A stretch of DNA of 45,894 nucleotides, filler included, from Jimgerdemannia flammicorona (Eukaryota), in assembly GCA_003990765.1 (NCBI GenBank). It is 2 parts of 2 records of this genome, joined end to end, with 100 filler letters (N's around TTAATTAATTAA, not from the genome) between each part and the next. Parts side by side here need not be neighbours in the genome. Positions count along the whole stretch, not along the records: positions 23,003 to 45,894 come from RBNJ01001189.1; 1 more part is not named here. One strand, written 5' to 3'. The translations under genes and the position numbers were made by a program. Under the pieces are notes generated by a model, which saw nothing but the letters and a program-made list of their open reading frames with translations, was not told the origin of the DNA and made no database searches. Numbering within the stretch: position 1 is the first letter of the stretch; each line of letters opens with the position of its first letter. Positions 23,687 through 36,476 of this stretch are shown here, in pieces.

Positions 23687-25779
23687 CTACTTTCCACCAA
23701 CCTCCACCTTAACGACTTTCCCGCCGAACTTCTTCTCCCTCATCACGACCGTCACGCGCTCCTCCGCATCTACCGTCACCACGACCTCGATTTTACTCCG
23801 TCCCGCCTTCAACCCGTCTGCCAGTCCATCAAGTACCAGCTCGGCCAGTAACGTATGCGCCTTGGTCTTGAGATGGACGACGGTCTCCGGCTCGTAGCCT
23901 TCGTCGGCGTCCGCAGGCTTGGACAGGGTCTCGCGGACGACCTCGTGCTCGCCCTCCCAGAGGGCGAGGTAGACCTGCTTCTGACCTTCGGCAACGTTTC
24001 CGAACTCGAATGGCCGGCGAACGGGTAAGGGGGTGTCGCGCGGGACTATGACGACGAAGTCACCTTTGGCGTCGATAACGCCGATGGGCTTGGCAGTATG
24101 CGGAGTGAGAGTGATGACGGGGTGGATGGAGGCGGCGATGTCCTCCGGATCGAAGCCCTGAATGAGCGAGGCCTGGATAGCACAACCGTAGGCCACTGCC
24201 TCGTCGGGCTCGATGTCGAGGCGGATACGAGTGGACTCAGATTTGAATATGTCGCGGAGCTTGGTGGAGAGTTTGGGGATGCGGGAGGAGCCGCCGACGA
24301 GGAGGACCTGCGGAGGGAAGATGTCGGCGCGTGAGTAAAATGCGTGCACACTAGCTGGGTTCGTTGATCAAAAGAGAATGTATTGTGCATTAAGGGCACA
24401 ATAACCTAATAAATAATTTACTTCATCGATCTCATTCGGGTCCAAATCCGCCTTCGTCAGCACCTCCTGAATGACATCCAAGCACCTCGAGAACACCTTG
24501 CTCGCCAAAATCTCGAACCTCAACCTATTGATAGTCCCATGGAAATCCAATCCATCCGCCAACGACTCGACCGAGCATGGCGCCTGGTTCTGATTGGTTA
24601 GGGTACGCTTCGTGATCTCTGCAGATGCACGTAGCTTTGCCAACGCCTTCTTATTCTCCGTGACGTCAATCTTGGTCTTCTTTTTGAATTCGCTTGCGAA
24701 ATGCGCTACGAGCAGTTCGTCGAACGTGACTCCCCCGAGTTGGGTATCGTGAGCGGTAGCAAGGATGTTGAACATGCCTGAGCGGACGTTGAGGACGGTG
24801 ACGTCGAAAGAGTGCCCGCCGAGATCGGCGATGACAACGGTCTGGTCGCGGGGTTCGTGCATGTTGCCCTGCTGCCCGACGTGGTAAGCGAGTGCAGCCG
24901 CGGCGGACTCATGGATGAACTGGAGGACAGGGATGCCGGCGTCAGTGGCGGCGGCGCGGAACTCGTCGCGCTGGTGGTCGGTGAAGTAGGAAGGGATGGA
25001 GAGGACTGCCCCAGTGATGGGGTTCCCGAGGAAGGCTTCGGCGGAGGAGCGGATGTGGCGCAAGTATTTACTCGTGACCTCCTTGACACTGAAGGTGACG
25101 GTCTTCTCGTCATCTAGGGGAATTTCGTACGCGGGGAGGCCATTCTTCTCGATGACGGGGGCGGCGGAGCCAGTAAGGATCTCTGTCTCGGAAAAGCTGG
25201 GAAGAAGGGTATCGGAAGTGGATTAGAATCGTCGCCTTGATGTAACAACTTGTGGTCCGTCAAAGGGTGAATGGAAAAAAAAAAAAAAAAATGTACCTTT
25301 TGCCGATCAAATTCCTAAACGCGGCAACGGTGTGGTTCGGATTGCGGACAATTTGCGCTTGCGCTTGGTTACCCGTGTACTGATAATAGAAGGGAAATCA
25401 ACATAGATACAGCCACAATCTTCTATGAAGGTGTTGGAAAAGTACAAGTCTATCGTCCACCAATGTCATTATAAAGAAGAAACACAAAAATGGTTCATAC
25501 CTCTTCCACCCCCGAGAATGCAATGACGGAGGCGATCTGCCTGTCACCGTCTGGGTTCGCTATGCAGTCAGGGCGGCCGTCCTGTGTGGAAATAAGGCGT
25601 GTTTGGTGTCACGGTGGCGAAGACGAAGAAGACGAAGCAACTCTGTCACGGTCATGAGTCGCGTTTGGCCCACCCTCTCTCTACCCAGAAAGTAATCCCA
25701 ATGGCACCTTATTGATGCAAGCTATGGCGGAATAGGTTGCGCCAAAGTTAATGCCGATGACTGTAGTCTGTTCTGCCAT
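23687..25779 (-). CDS. SSZ1: Atypical Hsp70, ribosome-associated complex subunit Ssz1-like, 543 aa; exons 25779-25708, 25581-25501, 25379-25297, 25196-24422, 24307-23687
   Basis: VIGINFG (instead of GIDLG), IANPDGDRQI, ADLGGHSFDV, LVGGSSRIPK, EPDEAVAYG. Ends after the beta substrate-binding domain with no lid and no EEVD. All four introns are GT-AG and exon lengths sum in frame (1632 nt). Confidence 0.9.
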
Positions 25780-25927
25780 TTGTGCAGTTGGTGGTGTCAA
25801 TCAAGAAGAAGGTGGCCAATGTCAGTCTTTGAGTATTTTATTTTTTTTATGACGTAACTCCTTCCAAGTTGGGTGAAAAAATTAACGTCACAGATCTAAA
25901 TCTTGTGCGCACGGAGTATCATATCAC

Positions 25928-26078
25928 TAAAAACCATGAAGTTGAAAACAGGGATACATTAAAAACCATGAAGTTGAAAACAGGGATACATTAAAAACCA
26001 TGAAGTTGAAAACAGGGATACATTAAAAACCATGAAGTTGAAAACAGGGATACATTAAAAACCATGAAGCTGAAAACA
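25928..26078. repeat. 32-bp minisatellite TAAAAACCATGAAGTTGAAAACAGGGATACAT, 4 perfect copies plus a partial fifth
   Basis: Read directly. No spacers. Confidence 0.95.
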
Positions 26079-26198
26079 AAAAAAAAGAACATAGAAAAAC
26101 TAAAACAAAAAGAACTACAGCTGACTCTACCAATTAAGCTGCGTCGGTTCCCGGTTCGAGCCATCCTTAAAATGATGATTATGCCCAACACAGAACCT

Positions 26199-29100
26199 TC
26201 ACTCTCTCAACCTTCCCTGCTGCCAATCAATAATCTTCAACAGCGTAGGTTCCCTCACCGTAGTTTCCCTCACTGTAGTTTCCCTCACCGTAGTTTCCCT
26301 CACCGTAGTTTCCCTCGCCGTGGTTTCCCTCGCCGTCACCGGAGACCCCTCCATCACAAATGACAGTTCCATTCCTCCCATAGACATTCCTTTCGCCAGC
26401 GGTGCCTCGTCCACCTCCATCATCTCCTTCACCGGCGATTTTTTCTCCACCGACGACGCCCCCCCCACCGCCGTCGCCAGCTTCTTCACGGCTGTCTTCT
26501 TCGATTTCTTCACCTTTTCTGATTCGGCCGTCACTCCCTCCACCTTCTCCGCGCTCCTATCTTTAGGCGGCCTCCCCAGCCTCTTCTTCGGCGCAGGCTC
26601 TGTTGGAATACATTTGATCGCACACCCATCATCCACAATACCTTCGCCAACTGCGTTCTCTTCCTTCTTCGCCGCCGGTTTTCTCCCCCTCTTGCCAGGC
26701 GCGGACTTCTTCGTTGCGTTCGTTGCGCCATCCACACCCTCCTCCCCGCTCTTCGCCACCTGGGTTTTCGGCTTCCGACCCCTCTTTCGCGGCTGCGGTT
26801 TTGACTTCGCCAGCATCTCGTCAAGCACAATGTCTTCCCCTTCTCTCGGCACTGACAAGACTTGGCCAGCCGACCCAACATCTTTAGGTGGTGACGCGAC
26901 CCTCGCACTCTGCCTCGGCTCAGGCGTTCCCGTGTTGATGGTTCCATCGCTGAAACTTTCCTCGCCGTCCCCGTGGTCGACGGTACGGTGGTCGACGGTA
27001 CGGCGGGCGTGCTTCCTTGCCAAAATAGTCATCCGTTTTTTTAACTGAGACTTCATGGTAGTCTCAGCTTCCTTCTTCTCCTTCGCTCGTCTCACCACGC
27101 GCTCGCCTTCCACCTCATCCCACGGCACCTCCGTTACCAGCTTTCCACCAACGCTCTCCCGCTCTACTGCCATCGCCCCCTCCTCGCCGTCCTCACGACC
27201 CTCTGCGCCGGAGCCCAAGAACTGATCGCACGATGCCCACGCGAAAAACAGAATATTCCTCAGCTGTAGCACGTCCTCCTTCTTCCTCTTCGCGCCGATC
27301 TGGCTCATGAGTCTGAACTCCTTCGTAAGCTCCGCGCACCGCACAACGTTCTCCGGGCTTACGAAATCCATTGCGCACTTTACGGCAGCGGCATAGTTGC
27401 ACACCTGATGCGCACACCCGGCGGGGATAAAGACGGCGTCCCCCGGGTTTTGGTAGATGCGCCAAGGGCGCACTCCGTGCTCCTCCCAGAGCCGCTGTCG
27501 GAGCTTGGCATCAAGGTAGATCCATTGGTCGTGGACTGGGTCAACTATGTGATTGTATTTTACCTCTTGAGCATATATGTTGAGAAAATTTTTAATCTTT
27601 GGTAGATCGTCCGCGGGGAAGATGTCCCATACAGCGGCCGCCACTTTTTTGTGCTCCGACGTCTGGTCTACGGCCGACGAGTAAAACATGACATTGACGG
27701 CGTCCGCCATGTCGCAGTGCAGATTCGTCGTACCCTTGCCCTCCTCGCCGTCGTCCGACCCGTACGCTATGTACATCTTGGGGCCTAGGTCCGGCGGGAC
27801 GAACGTGTCGGGTAAGCGGCTAGCCAGGTTCAGCACGCCGTTATCGCCGGTGTAGTCTTTGAAGGGAAGGACGGCCATGAAGTCCTCGTAGAGGACCGGG
27901 AATTCGTCTCTAAAGTCCTGTCTCGGAGGCCAATCCTACGCATTAAAATCAACCAAATGTCTGAGAATTAGTCACTATACAGAATTCACAACTCACATGT
28001 CCAAATTTCTTAATAAATACATATCCATACATAACCCATCCACAACCACCACCATCGTCCCAACCCACCTACTCACCTTTAATTTCAACACTTTGTACTT
28101 GCCGTTCGTATGCTTTTCTCTCTTGGAGACGTCTTCAAATCCCTCAAAAAATCTCTCGACGGTACTGGCGACCGTGATCCCGGTCTCGCAATCGATGACG
28201 TCGACGTCGCGCGCGCCATACTGCTTTACGAAGTGGTCGGGCGACCAGGTTACCCTACTCTCACCGAGCACGTCACGTATAACCACGGCCTCGCCCCGAC
28301 GCCAACGGTCCTGGAACTGGACCAGTTGAACGGCGGAGGCCGACGCATAGAGAAATGGAAGAGAAGAGGGTGACTGCGGATGCGGTGAAACTTGCTGTTG
28401 CTGTTGCAGTGGGGATGGTGGGTGCGATTGTTGTGACGACATGCGCAGTGGCGACTGTGGCAACGATGACGGCGAGGTCGGGTGCAGAGACGGGGAGTAG
28501 CATGGTGACCTAGTCGGGGACCCAACACTGGATTCAGATGAGTGAGTTGGCGAGAGGGGTGATGAGGAGAAGATATCCTGATTGAATGTTGTTGTCGTGT
28601 CGAAAGAAGATGTTCCCGTCGTCGGTCTCGGTATGTTATCGAGCCTCACATGCGACGAAGTCTCGAAAGACCCGGTCACGATCGGGACGAGAGTGCCTTC
28701 CAATACCACGCTTTCCTCTACCTCCAGCTCCGGCTCGCCCACCTCCTCCCATCCACGCTCCGATTCTCGCTGATCCCTCCCCTTACACTGGATCTTCCTA
28801 GTGTTGACGGCGGCCTTCCATACCTCTTCCAGACTCTCCTTCATAAATTTGCTCATACTGAGCATCTGCATTTTGGTGTGGACCTTATCGAACGAGCATC
28901 TCGATGCTCTGGCGACGCCGCCTTCGTCCCATGCGTCATAACAATCTAGACACATATCGACACCGCACGACGAGCACGTCCAGTACGAGTTGAATATGGA
29001 CGTGAGGCAGTAGTCGCACAAGTGCCGCACATAGGGTGCGGGCAACCTCCGGAAGCTCTCATCACTTCTGAGATGGACCATCTCCCTTGCGAGCATGGTT

Positions 29101-32100
29101 TCGAGCGGCCCGGAGATGGTGCGAAGAATGAACGCTTCAACGGTGCGCGCGAAGTCCCGATTGGTCGACCGGTTGGGTTTCCCGATCCGGTACTGTGGGT
29201 CGGGCACGGTGGACGACACGAAAAGTGGGACAAGCGCAATTGTCTCGTTCTTGTCCAGTCGGACGGTCCCCCTTGGCACCGAGGTTGCTCCGGCATCTCC
29301 AACGGTATTTGGTAGCGTGGGAATAATCTCGAAAGCGCGGAACATTTGAAACCGGCAACAAGTGTCACCAGCGGCCTTCCTTGTACAGGCGCGACACTTG
29401 TCGAGTCTTCCGTAGACTCGGCCCACACACCTGTTCCGTTGAATATGCAAACTCTCCTGCGGCACCCTTCTCGCGTTTTCAACTGCTTGCCGGCGTGTCA
29501 TGACTTGCGTGGGCGGGTCTGCAGACGGGCTTTTCGCGTTGGCGTTGGCGTCGGCGTCGGCGTCGGCGTCGAGTCTGCGCCGCTTTAAGCCGCGGCCGCT
29601 CCGTGAGGGTTTTGAATCCTTATCGCTCGTCATAGGAGACACCGGGGTCCGGTCGTCGGCAGATCCCGGAGCGTGGTGCCGATGCTTGGCGACATGAGCC
29701 TGGATTTCGGGAGACGGCTCCTTATCGGAGGTGTTGACAAGCATAGACCTGACCACCTTTTCGACATTGAGATTGTTGTGGATCGGGACGCGCACACGGG
29801 AGGAGCGGCGGCGGCTGCTTGAATTTTCAACGACGGGCCTGTTTTCTTGCTTGGCCATGCGATTGAGCTCGGGTCGACCCCGCTTGCGGGGGGTCTGTGC
29901 GGAAGTAGTAGCGGTGTCGCGAGGATTCGACGCCTTCGTACCGACTTCGTGATTTCCTGAGGGATTTATGCTGGGCTGATGTTGAGCGGCGTCGGAGGGA
30001 AACGCGGTAGCGCGATCGTCAGCGCACGGCTCCACAACCAAGCTTTTGCCGTCACCGCCACGAGCCTTCTCATGCTTGGTTTCTAAGAGCCTGCTCCGTT
30101 CTTCTTGCTCAGTCGGTTTGAGACCAGCCACCTTACCCCTTCCCACCAAAACTCCAGCTCGTTCCTGCTGCTTCAGAACCTCGGCACCACCATCCTCGGT
30201 CACTTCGACCACCCCCTTATCTTTGTCATCCGCCCTCGCACCCCACGCCTGAGCTGTCTCGACCCTTCCATCTTGTACAGCGTTGAGTGTAACCCCACCC
30301 CCGGTGCCGAACCCCTCTTTGGCGTACTTGGCCTGGCTTCGTTCCCGCGCATCGTCCTCACTTGTGTTGGTCGGCGCAAGCAAGAACGCAATACTGGTGA
30401 CAGATCTCGACCGACGCTCTGCGCTGTCATATTCCGTCGGCTTGGTCAGATCGACGATTGGCGTGGTCAGGTCAATGAGCGGCGGCTCCTGAGGATACGC
30501 ACCCTGATGGTACACACCCTGAGGATACGTACCCTGAGGATACGAACGCTGAGGATACGCACTCACGGGATTCCCGCCACGCCATCCAGAGTACCGCGCC
30601 TCGGACGTCGGCATCCCTCCAGTGTACAGTGGCGCCACGCCACCGACACTAGTCCTGTCGGCACGCCGCCTGTCCTCCCATATGCTGGTATATAAGGTGT
30701 CGCCATGCCGTGCGGTGTCAACCATTCTGATGTCCTGGCGCGGCGAAGCCTGTGTGCGACCCGGGGCGAGCCCAACCACGTCACCGGCGTCGGCTGTATA
30801 CGCGGAATTATTTGTTGACTGCTTCTTCGGCCTCGGTGGGGGTACCTCGACTAGCACGACAATATCCGAGTTATTGTCTTCATCGTCGGTTTCGCCGGGA
30901 AAGACGTGCTTATCCTCGTCGCGGGACCTACCCTTTCCGTTTCGCCTTGCCTCATTCCCACCATCCCTGACATTACTAATTTGGCCCTTCCGTTTTTTCT
31001 CCCAGGTTCCATCCCACACCGGCCCATTCTTGGCCCCGACGGGATCAATCTCGTCCCTTTTCCTTTTTGCTGGGACGGACGGCTCCTTCTCGACTACAAT
31101 CTCTGGATACGCGTCCTCCGACTCCTTCGCCTTTGCCGCGGCCCCAGTTTTCAGTGCAGCGGTGGTTGCCTCCGCGCCCTTCGCACAATAGGTGCACCCC
31201 CACCCACACGTAACGCATGTTCTCTGTTGGGGTGGATTGGACTTGACGGGCCATTTGCCCTCTTGGATTTCTCTCCTCCTGCGTTTACGCATGGCTTCCC
31301 AGAATTGCCTTGCGAGCTCGACGTCGACGCATCCCGATAGGCGGACGACGGTGGATACGCGCTCGACGGGCATGTCAAAGTCGCCGCCATAGATGCCCCA
31401 GAACGAGACCAGCCACTCGAGCTGCGTTTCGTCCATGTTCGGAAGGCACTCGTCGGGAGGGATGTGAAGATTAATTGCGGCAGCGTGGGTGGTGGCGGCG
31501 GCGGTGGTGGTGGGACGACGTTGCGTCGTAGAGCTTGAGATGGGGGTTGTAGAGGTAGAAATAAAGTTGCTGCCACCTTGGGGACGCTTGTCGATGTCAT
31601 TCCCATTCACATTTCCCTTCACGTTTCCGTTCACATACGCCGATGCCGTCGAAACCGTCCCTGACGGCTTCCTCCTCCTCGACACCTCCCAATCAACATT
31701 TGGTCTCTCAACTCTCTCACGCTCACCGTCATTTACATTCCGCGTCGCCGCCATAGTCGTGCGTTGTCTCTTCGCGTCCGACTTGGATTCCAGCTCGAAC
31801 TCCGGCTGCCTCGCGACGGCGGAGTCGTCGGGGTACTCCCATATGTCTGGAACCGAGAAATTAATAAGGGGGGTGGACCGGGGAGGGGCGGGAACTGTGA
31901 CTATGGATCGTCCGGCATGATGTGCGTGCTGCGAATGGTCCCTTCCGGCTTCGAAGCCGTGTGCCGGTCCTGAGGAGTCAATGTGTTCCTCCAAGAGGCC
32001 AAATCTCCGGTTCTGATCCTGGTTCCTGGCGGGCTGGTACCGTTCGCTGACCTTGGTCGCGTCAACGGGACCTCCGAAATTAAACGTCAATGGGTAAGTA

Positions 32101-32624
32101 GGGGCGGTGGTACGGAGGCCGCCTGGTTCTGGGCTCGCCCACGGGTGGCTGGAACTTCCACCGTGGTTGAGGAGGCCGTTGGTGGTAGAAAGGGCGACGG
32201 AGGTTGAGGTCAGAGTGGGACCCGGAAGTGTGAGAGGATCAGGATCGTCATCTTCTTCGTCTTGATAAAGGTTTTCGTCACTGCTTTTTGCTTCGTAGAG
32301 GAAAAGCTCTGGTTCTTCTTGTTCCTCTTCTGTGTTCTCTTCGACGTTTATCGGTTGATGGTACTTTAAGCGCTCACGGCGTGGTGATTCCTTCTTTCTA
32401 CGCACGTCTGATTGCTTGCGGGTGTGGGCGCGTGTTGTTTGTGTCATTGTGTCTCCGTCGTCAGCACCGAGCAGATCAATGATGGTGTCGGATCTTTTCA
32501 GTGACGCGGGGTTGTGCTTTTTGCTCGTGTTCGGGCGCTGTTGTCGGAACAGGGGTTGGCTGATATTTTGACGTCGGACAGGCTTTTCCTGGTAATGTGT
32601 GAGGTAGTTTTCTCTTGTCTTCAT
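26199..32624 (-). CDS. KDM3: KDM3/JMJD1 (JHDM2)-type JmjC histone H3K9 demethylase, ~2100 aa; intron 28076-27936; may have further 5' exons
   Basis: CRAC..CRF..FR motif, zinc finger CDYCLTSIFNSYWTCSSCGVDMCLDC, LKLK|DWPP across a GT-AG intron, GTTNLHCDMADAVN (HxD), PGDAVFIPAGCAHQV (distal His). Confidence 0.88.
26243..26335 (-). repeat. 15-bp coding repeat (RETT[AV]) x~6 at the JmjC C-terminus
   Basis: cgtagtttccctcac units. Confidence 0.85.
30488..30562 (-). repeat. 15-bp coding repeat (YPQ[G/R]x) x5 inside the JmjC ORF
   Basis: gaggatacgNaccct units. Confidence 0.85.
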
Positions 32625-33133
32625 CGTGGTTTGGGCGGCAGCTAAAGCTTTCGCGTGAGAAAGAGAGAGAAAGTAAGGAGAGAAGCCGGGGGGGTGGCAG
32701 TATACACACAGTGACTGCTGCGTCGCGCAGTTAGCATGATGTCAGAGAGCATAAGGCTGACTGGAACATCACATCATCGACGAAACTAGTTAGCCTTTTA
32801 TTGTCTACACACGGAAAAAAAAATATATGTATTGTGCATTTGTTTTTGCTATTTACAGCCAACCCAGAAAATGTGTGTGTGTGTGGGGGAGGGGGAGGGG
32901 GGGGGGTTATGTACAACTAATTATATAGAACAAGACTATTCACAATGTTTGTCATTCGTGTGCAAGGAATGTAAATGGAACACGGGAAAATTGGTGAAAA
33001 GAGAAGCAACCAAACGCTTCCGGTAACGAAATCTGTACATCTGTTGCGCTGAGCAAGGAAAGAAAAAGTGCGGGGCGGAATATAACGGTTTTCTTTTTGT
33101 ACACAAGCATATCACTCCTCGACACCTTATCCT

Positions 33134-34356
33134 CTAAACCAAACACCCGAACGGACGATCACCAACACTGAGGCTGCGCATCCTGGTCATGGCGAGCACT
33201 TGCATCATGGCTGTGCTCCAGCTGGATCGTTTCGAGGTCTCAGCGTCGGCGTCGGCGTCAGCATCGTGGTGCGAGAGCGGGTCTATGCCCTTACGCGGAC
33301 GGCGGGTGCTTTTTTGACGGGGTTCATTGTATTTAGGTTCAGAGATGGTCAGCTGCGTGAAAGGTGAGTTGAGAGGCATGGGGTTCTGAGTGCGGAGGAT
33401 GGGAGAGGCTGTGCGCATGAATTGTAGAGTTAGTATCCGATGTGAGCATTTTATGATGAACTGCGAAAACTTCGTCATATTGCGAACAGTATACGTACCA
33501 GGCACAACGGGCGGCGGCAAACCTGATACCAAGTAATCACACATCAACTCCACAGGCTCCTCATACAAGTCACCACCATCCTCCCCTTCGACCATACTGT
33601 TCCCTCCGACCACCTCGACCTCGACATACCTAACCTCATCCCCATTCTCCCTTCCCTCCTCGTCCACGACCCTCTCGTCTTCCTCCCACAATCTCGACAC
33701 CCTCCTCCTCTTCCTATTACAGACTTCGACACCTCTATCCAAGCAAGATCTTGCCCTAGGCACGACCTCGACCTTGGGAGGGGCGGGAGACGACTGCCTC
33801 GATGGCCAACAGTACGGTGAACCGGGGTCGTAGCGGTCGGGGAGCCGGGAGGCACGCGAGATGATCTCAAGAAGCTCAGCATGAGCAGCCTGGTCGGCGT
33901 GCGTGCGGTCGGTGAGCCTGTGTATGTAGTATGTAGGATGGAATGGGGGAAGGTCTGGATGGTGAGTTGAGAACACAAACTCAACAGTCACCGCATTGAA
34001 CACCACAGGCGAAAGCGAAAGCCCGCGCCCGAGGCAAACTAGCAATACCAAAAACAGAAGAGAATAGCAACTCACCACAAGTCCCCTTTACTCAGATTCA
34101 GCCCCTCGTTCACATCCTCATTCCCACCGTCTTCCCCACCGGCGAAGACCACCATCTCAACCCGCACCTTCTCGACGTTCTCCTTATCCTCGTCATCACG
34201 ATCCTGTTGCTTGGGAGGCAGTCCCTTACGCGCGAAAGCTGCTCCGTTCCTTTTTATCGTCGGCTGCTTGGCTGCCAAGAGCAGGCGCACGGCCTTGAGC
34301 GGCGCTGGGGCGACGAGTTTCGGGTGTGAGTGGTTGAAGGTGGGGTCGGACACCAT
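33134..34356 (-). CDS. Spliced ORF of unknown function (exons ~34356-34076, 33917-33499, 33408 onward); a separate gene or 5' exons of the JmjC gene
   Basis: GTGAGT donor at 34075 with CAG acceptor at 33918 keeps frame (W-LTDR). GTACGT..TACTAAC..CAG defines a 90-nt intron at 33498-33409. Confidence 0.6.
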
Positions 34357-35039
34357 ATCTTTCCGTGTGTGGATGCGGTTGCGGTGTGTACGGATGAGTT
34401 GTTTTTAACCTTCAATGCGGGAGAGAAAGGGGCGTCTGCCTGTCCTTCACGTCGTTGACGGAAAGGGGAAGGGGACTAGGCTCAACCAACTTCATTTTTC
34501 ACTTAATACCTGAATCTGAGGCTTGGCGGTCCTCCGATCACATGATCGCCGACCTGCGCCCCCTTTATGAATCTGCTATATTCCGCATGCGCCCCGTAGG
34601 CCCATATCCTCCACCCATTCGGCCATTCGGATCCTTGGCCGATCGATAATTCGCGAGATAATGTGATGTCGGATGGATGGCTTCATGATTATGCGAGATC
34701 GATCCTTTGCGGCGCGGCGATCGCACTCCAAGATATTAAAATGAAAAGGGTACGAGTAGGTTTGCAAGGTTCTGATCAATCAAATGCTATTTCTGTCTCA
34801 AGTTAAATGAAAATTGTCTGATCCCTTCGTGGAAGCACGCCTTTCCTTCACGGTTGTCTATGGAATAGTAAATTGTAAATGTAAACATAGGATGGGTCCA
34901 CGGTGCGTGCTTCGCGGAGCGTGGCTGACGTGATCTGCAAAGTCCACAAACTACATCACTTGGTGCCGTTGGCGTGGCTGGGCCAGGTGCAAGGAGATAT
35001 GGAAGTGGAGGTTTGGCAGGATGTGGGGGGGGGGGGGAC

Positions 35040-35482
35040 GATTCTTACTGACTTTCTCCATTTATTTTCTTTATAATAAATTCACTATAAAATATCAAGG
35101 TTATATTTAGTATTTTAATTGATTAATAGATTTAAATCAATTTTTAAAAAAATATTAGTTATGTATCTTTAATAATAAATAATAAATAAAAGTTATAGTT
35201 TTATTTAGCTTATTAAATATATTTATATAGTAAACTTTAAATATTATTTTATTTATTATAAAAACTTTATATTATATTTTAAAATAATTAATATATTATT
35301 ATTATTATTATTAAATTAAAATATTTACTCTAATGTATAAATTATATATTTAATTATTTTATATATTTATTTTACTTTTTATATAAAAATCATTAGTAAA
35401 ATAATATAAAGATTTTTTTTTTTTTTAAAAAAAATATTAATTATTTTATTAATAATAATTAATCATAACTTATTTTTTATTA

Positions 35483-35520
<38 letters not shown>

Positions 35521-36149
35521 TCTATAATTTTTAAATTATATAAATTTCTTATTTTGTTATATATTTAAATTTAGTTATAAAAGATTAAAATAGTTAATAT
35601 ATTATCAAATTGATTTATTTTATTTATAAGTATTAATATATTTTTATTATTTATCTTAATCTATATATAAATATTCTTATATTATAATATATAGTAGTAA
35701 CTTAGAAAAAATTAGATTTAGAGAGTTCTGAGATCTTTAATCTATTTTTTTCTTTTATCTTATTTTTTTTATTACTCAGATATCTTATTTTACTTTAGCT
35801 CTTTATTATATATTATCTTTTTTTTTAATATTAATTACTTCTAGCTCTTCTATACTATCTCTAATACTCTCTATAGAATTGTCTTCTATTTTTCTTTCTC
35901 TAATACTACTAACTCTAAACTATTACTCTAACTAGTTACTACTATTAATCTACTAGTTTTCTTATTTTTATCTATCTCTTTCTCTCAAATATCTACTGAT
36001 AATATATATATAGTATATATAATAGTTGATCTAAATTAGAAATATAAATTAAGAGAATAGATATTTAATTATAGAATTTGAACATAATTTCCAAATATAG
36101 TATATCTATAAATAGCAGTTATTTTTTATAAATATCAAGATTTAACAAA
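35040..36149. repeat. Extremely AT-rich degenerate repeat DNA including (TA)n at 35485-35517
   Basis: Near absence of C and G over ~35100-35700. Starts just after a poly-G run. Confidence 0.7.
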
Positions 36150-36476
36150 TGTTAAAATTTGATAATTCTCAAAATTTCATAGATATCAAAAATCCATACT
36201 TATGAAAAGTAACTCACAGAAAACATAGTTATAACTTAGCCACCTTATAGCTAACAAACTTATATAAATATCTCCAGTATCTAGAGTGAATAAACCTTAG
36301 ATTAAAATAGTTCAAAGTAAAGAAAAAGTAAGAGAACTAATAAGTCTATAGGTAGATATATGTATTTCAAACTCACACATCTGTACTCTGAGGACTCTGT
36401 GAGAGTTGAAATAAGATCAAGTTTCAAAATATAGAAATCTGCTATACTTCTGAGATTGAACATCTACTATATTACA
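36150..36476 (+). mobile_element. 5' LTR of an older outer LTR element, followed by a degenerate PBS-like site and gag-like DNA to ~37346
   Basis: Begins TGTT and ends TTACA. 36227-36476 is a direct repeat of ~43399-43644. Followed by acttagtatc (TGGTATC-like). Confidence 0.6.

Noticed and set aside
23687..25779. Canonical SSA/SSB Hsp70 or a truncated Hsp70 pseudogene
   Set aside because: Divergent N-terminal motif, missing lid and EEVD, intact splicing and 543-aa length fit Ssz1.
25928..26078. CRISPR-like 32-bp repeats
   Set aside because: Units are contiguous with no spacers, the context is eukaryotic and no cas genes are present.
27993..28076. C-terminus VSRWVGTMVVVV... of the 1543-aa ORF
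   Set aside because: Intron read-through; splicing restores the conserved LKLK-DWPP.
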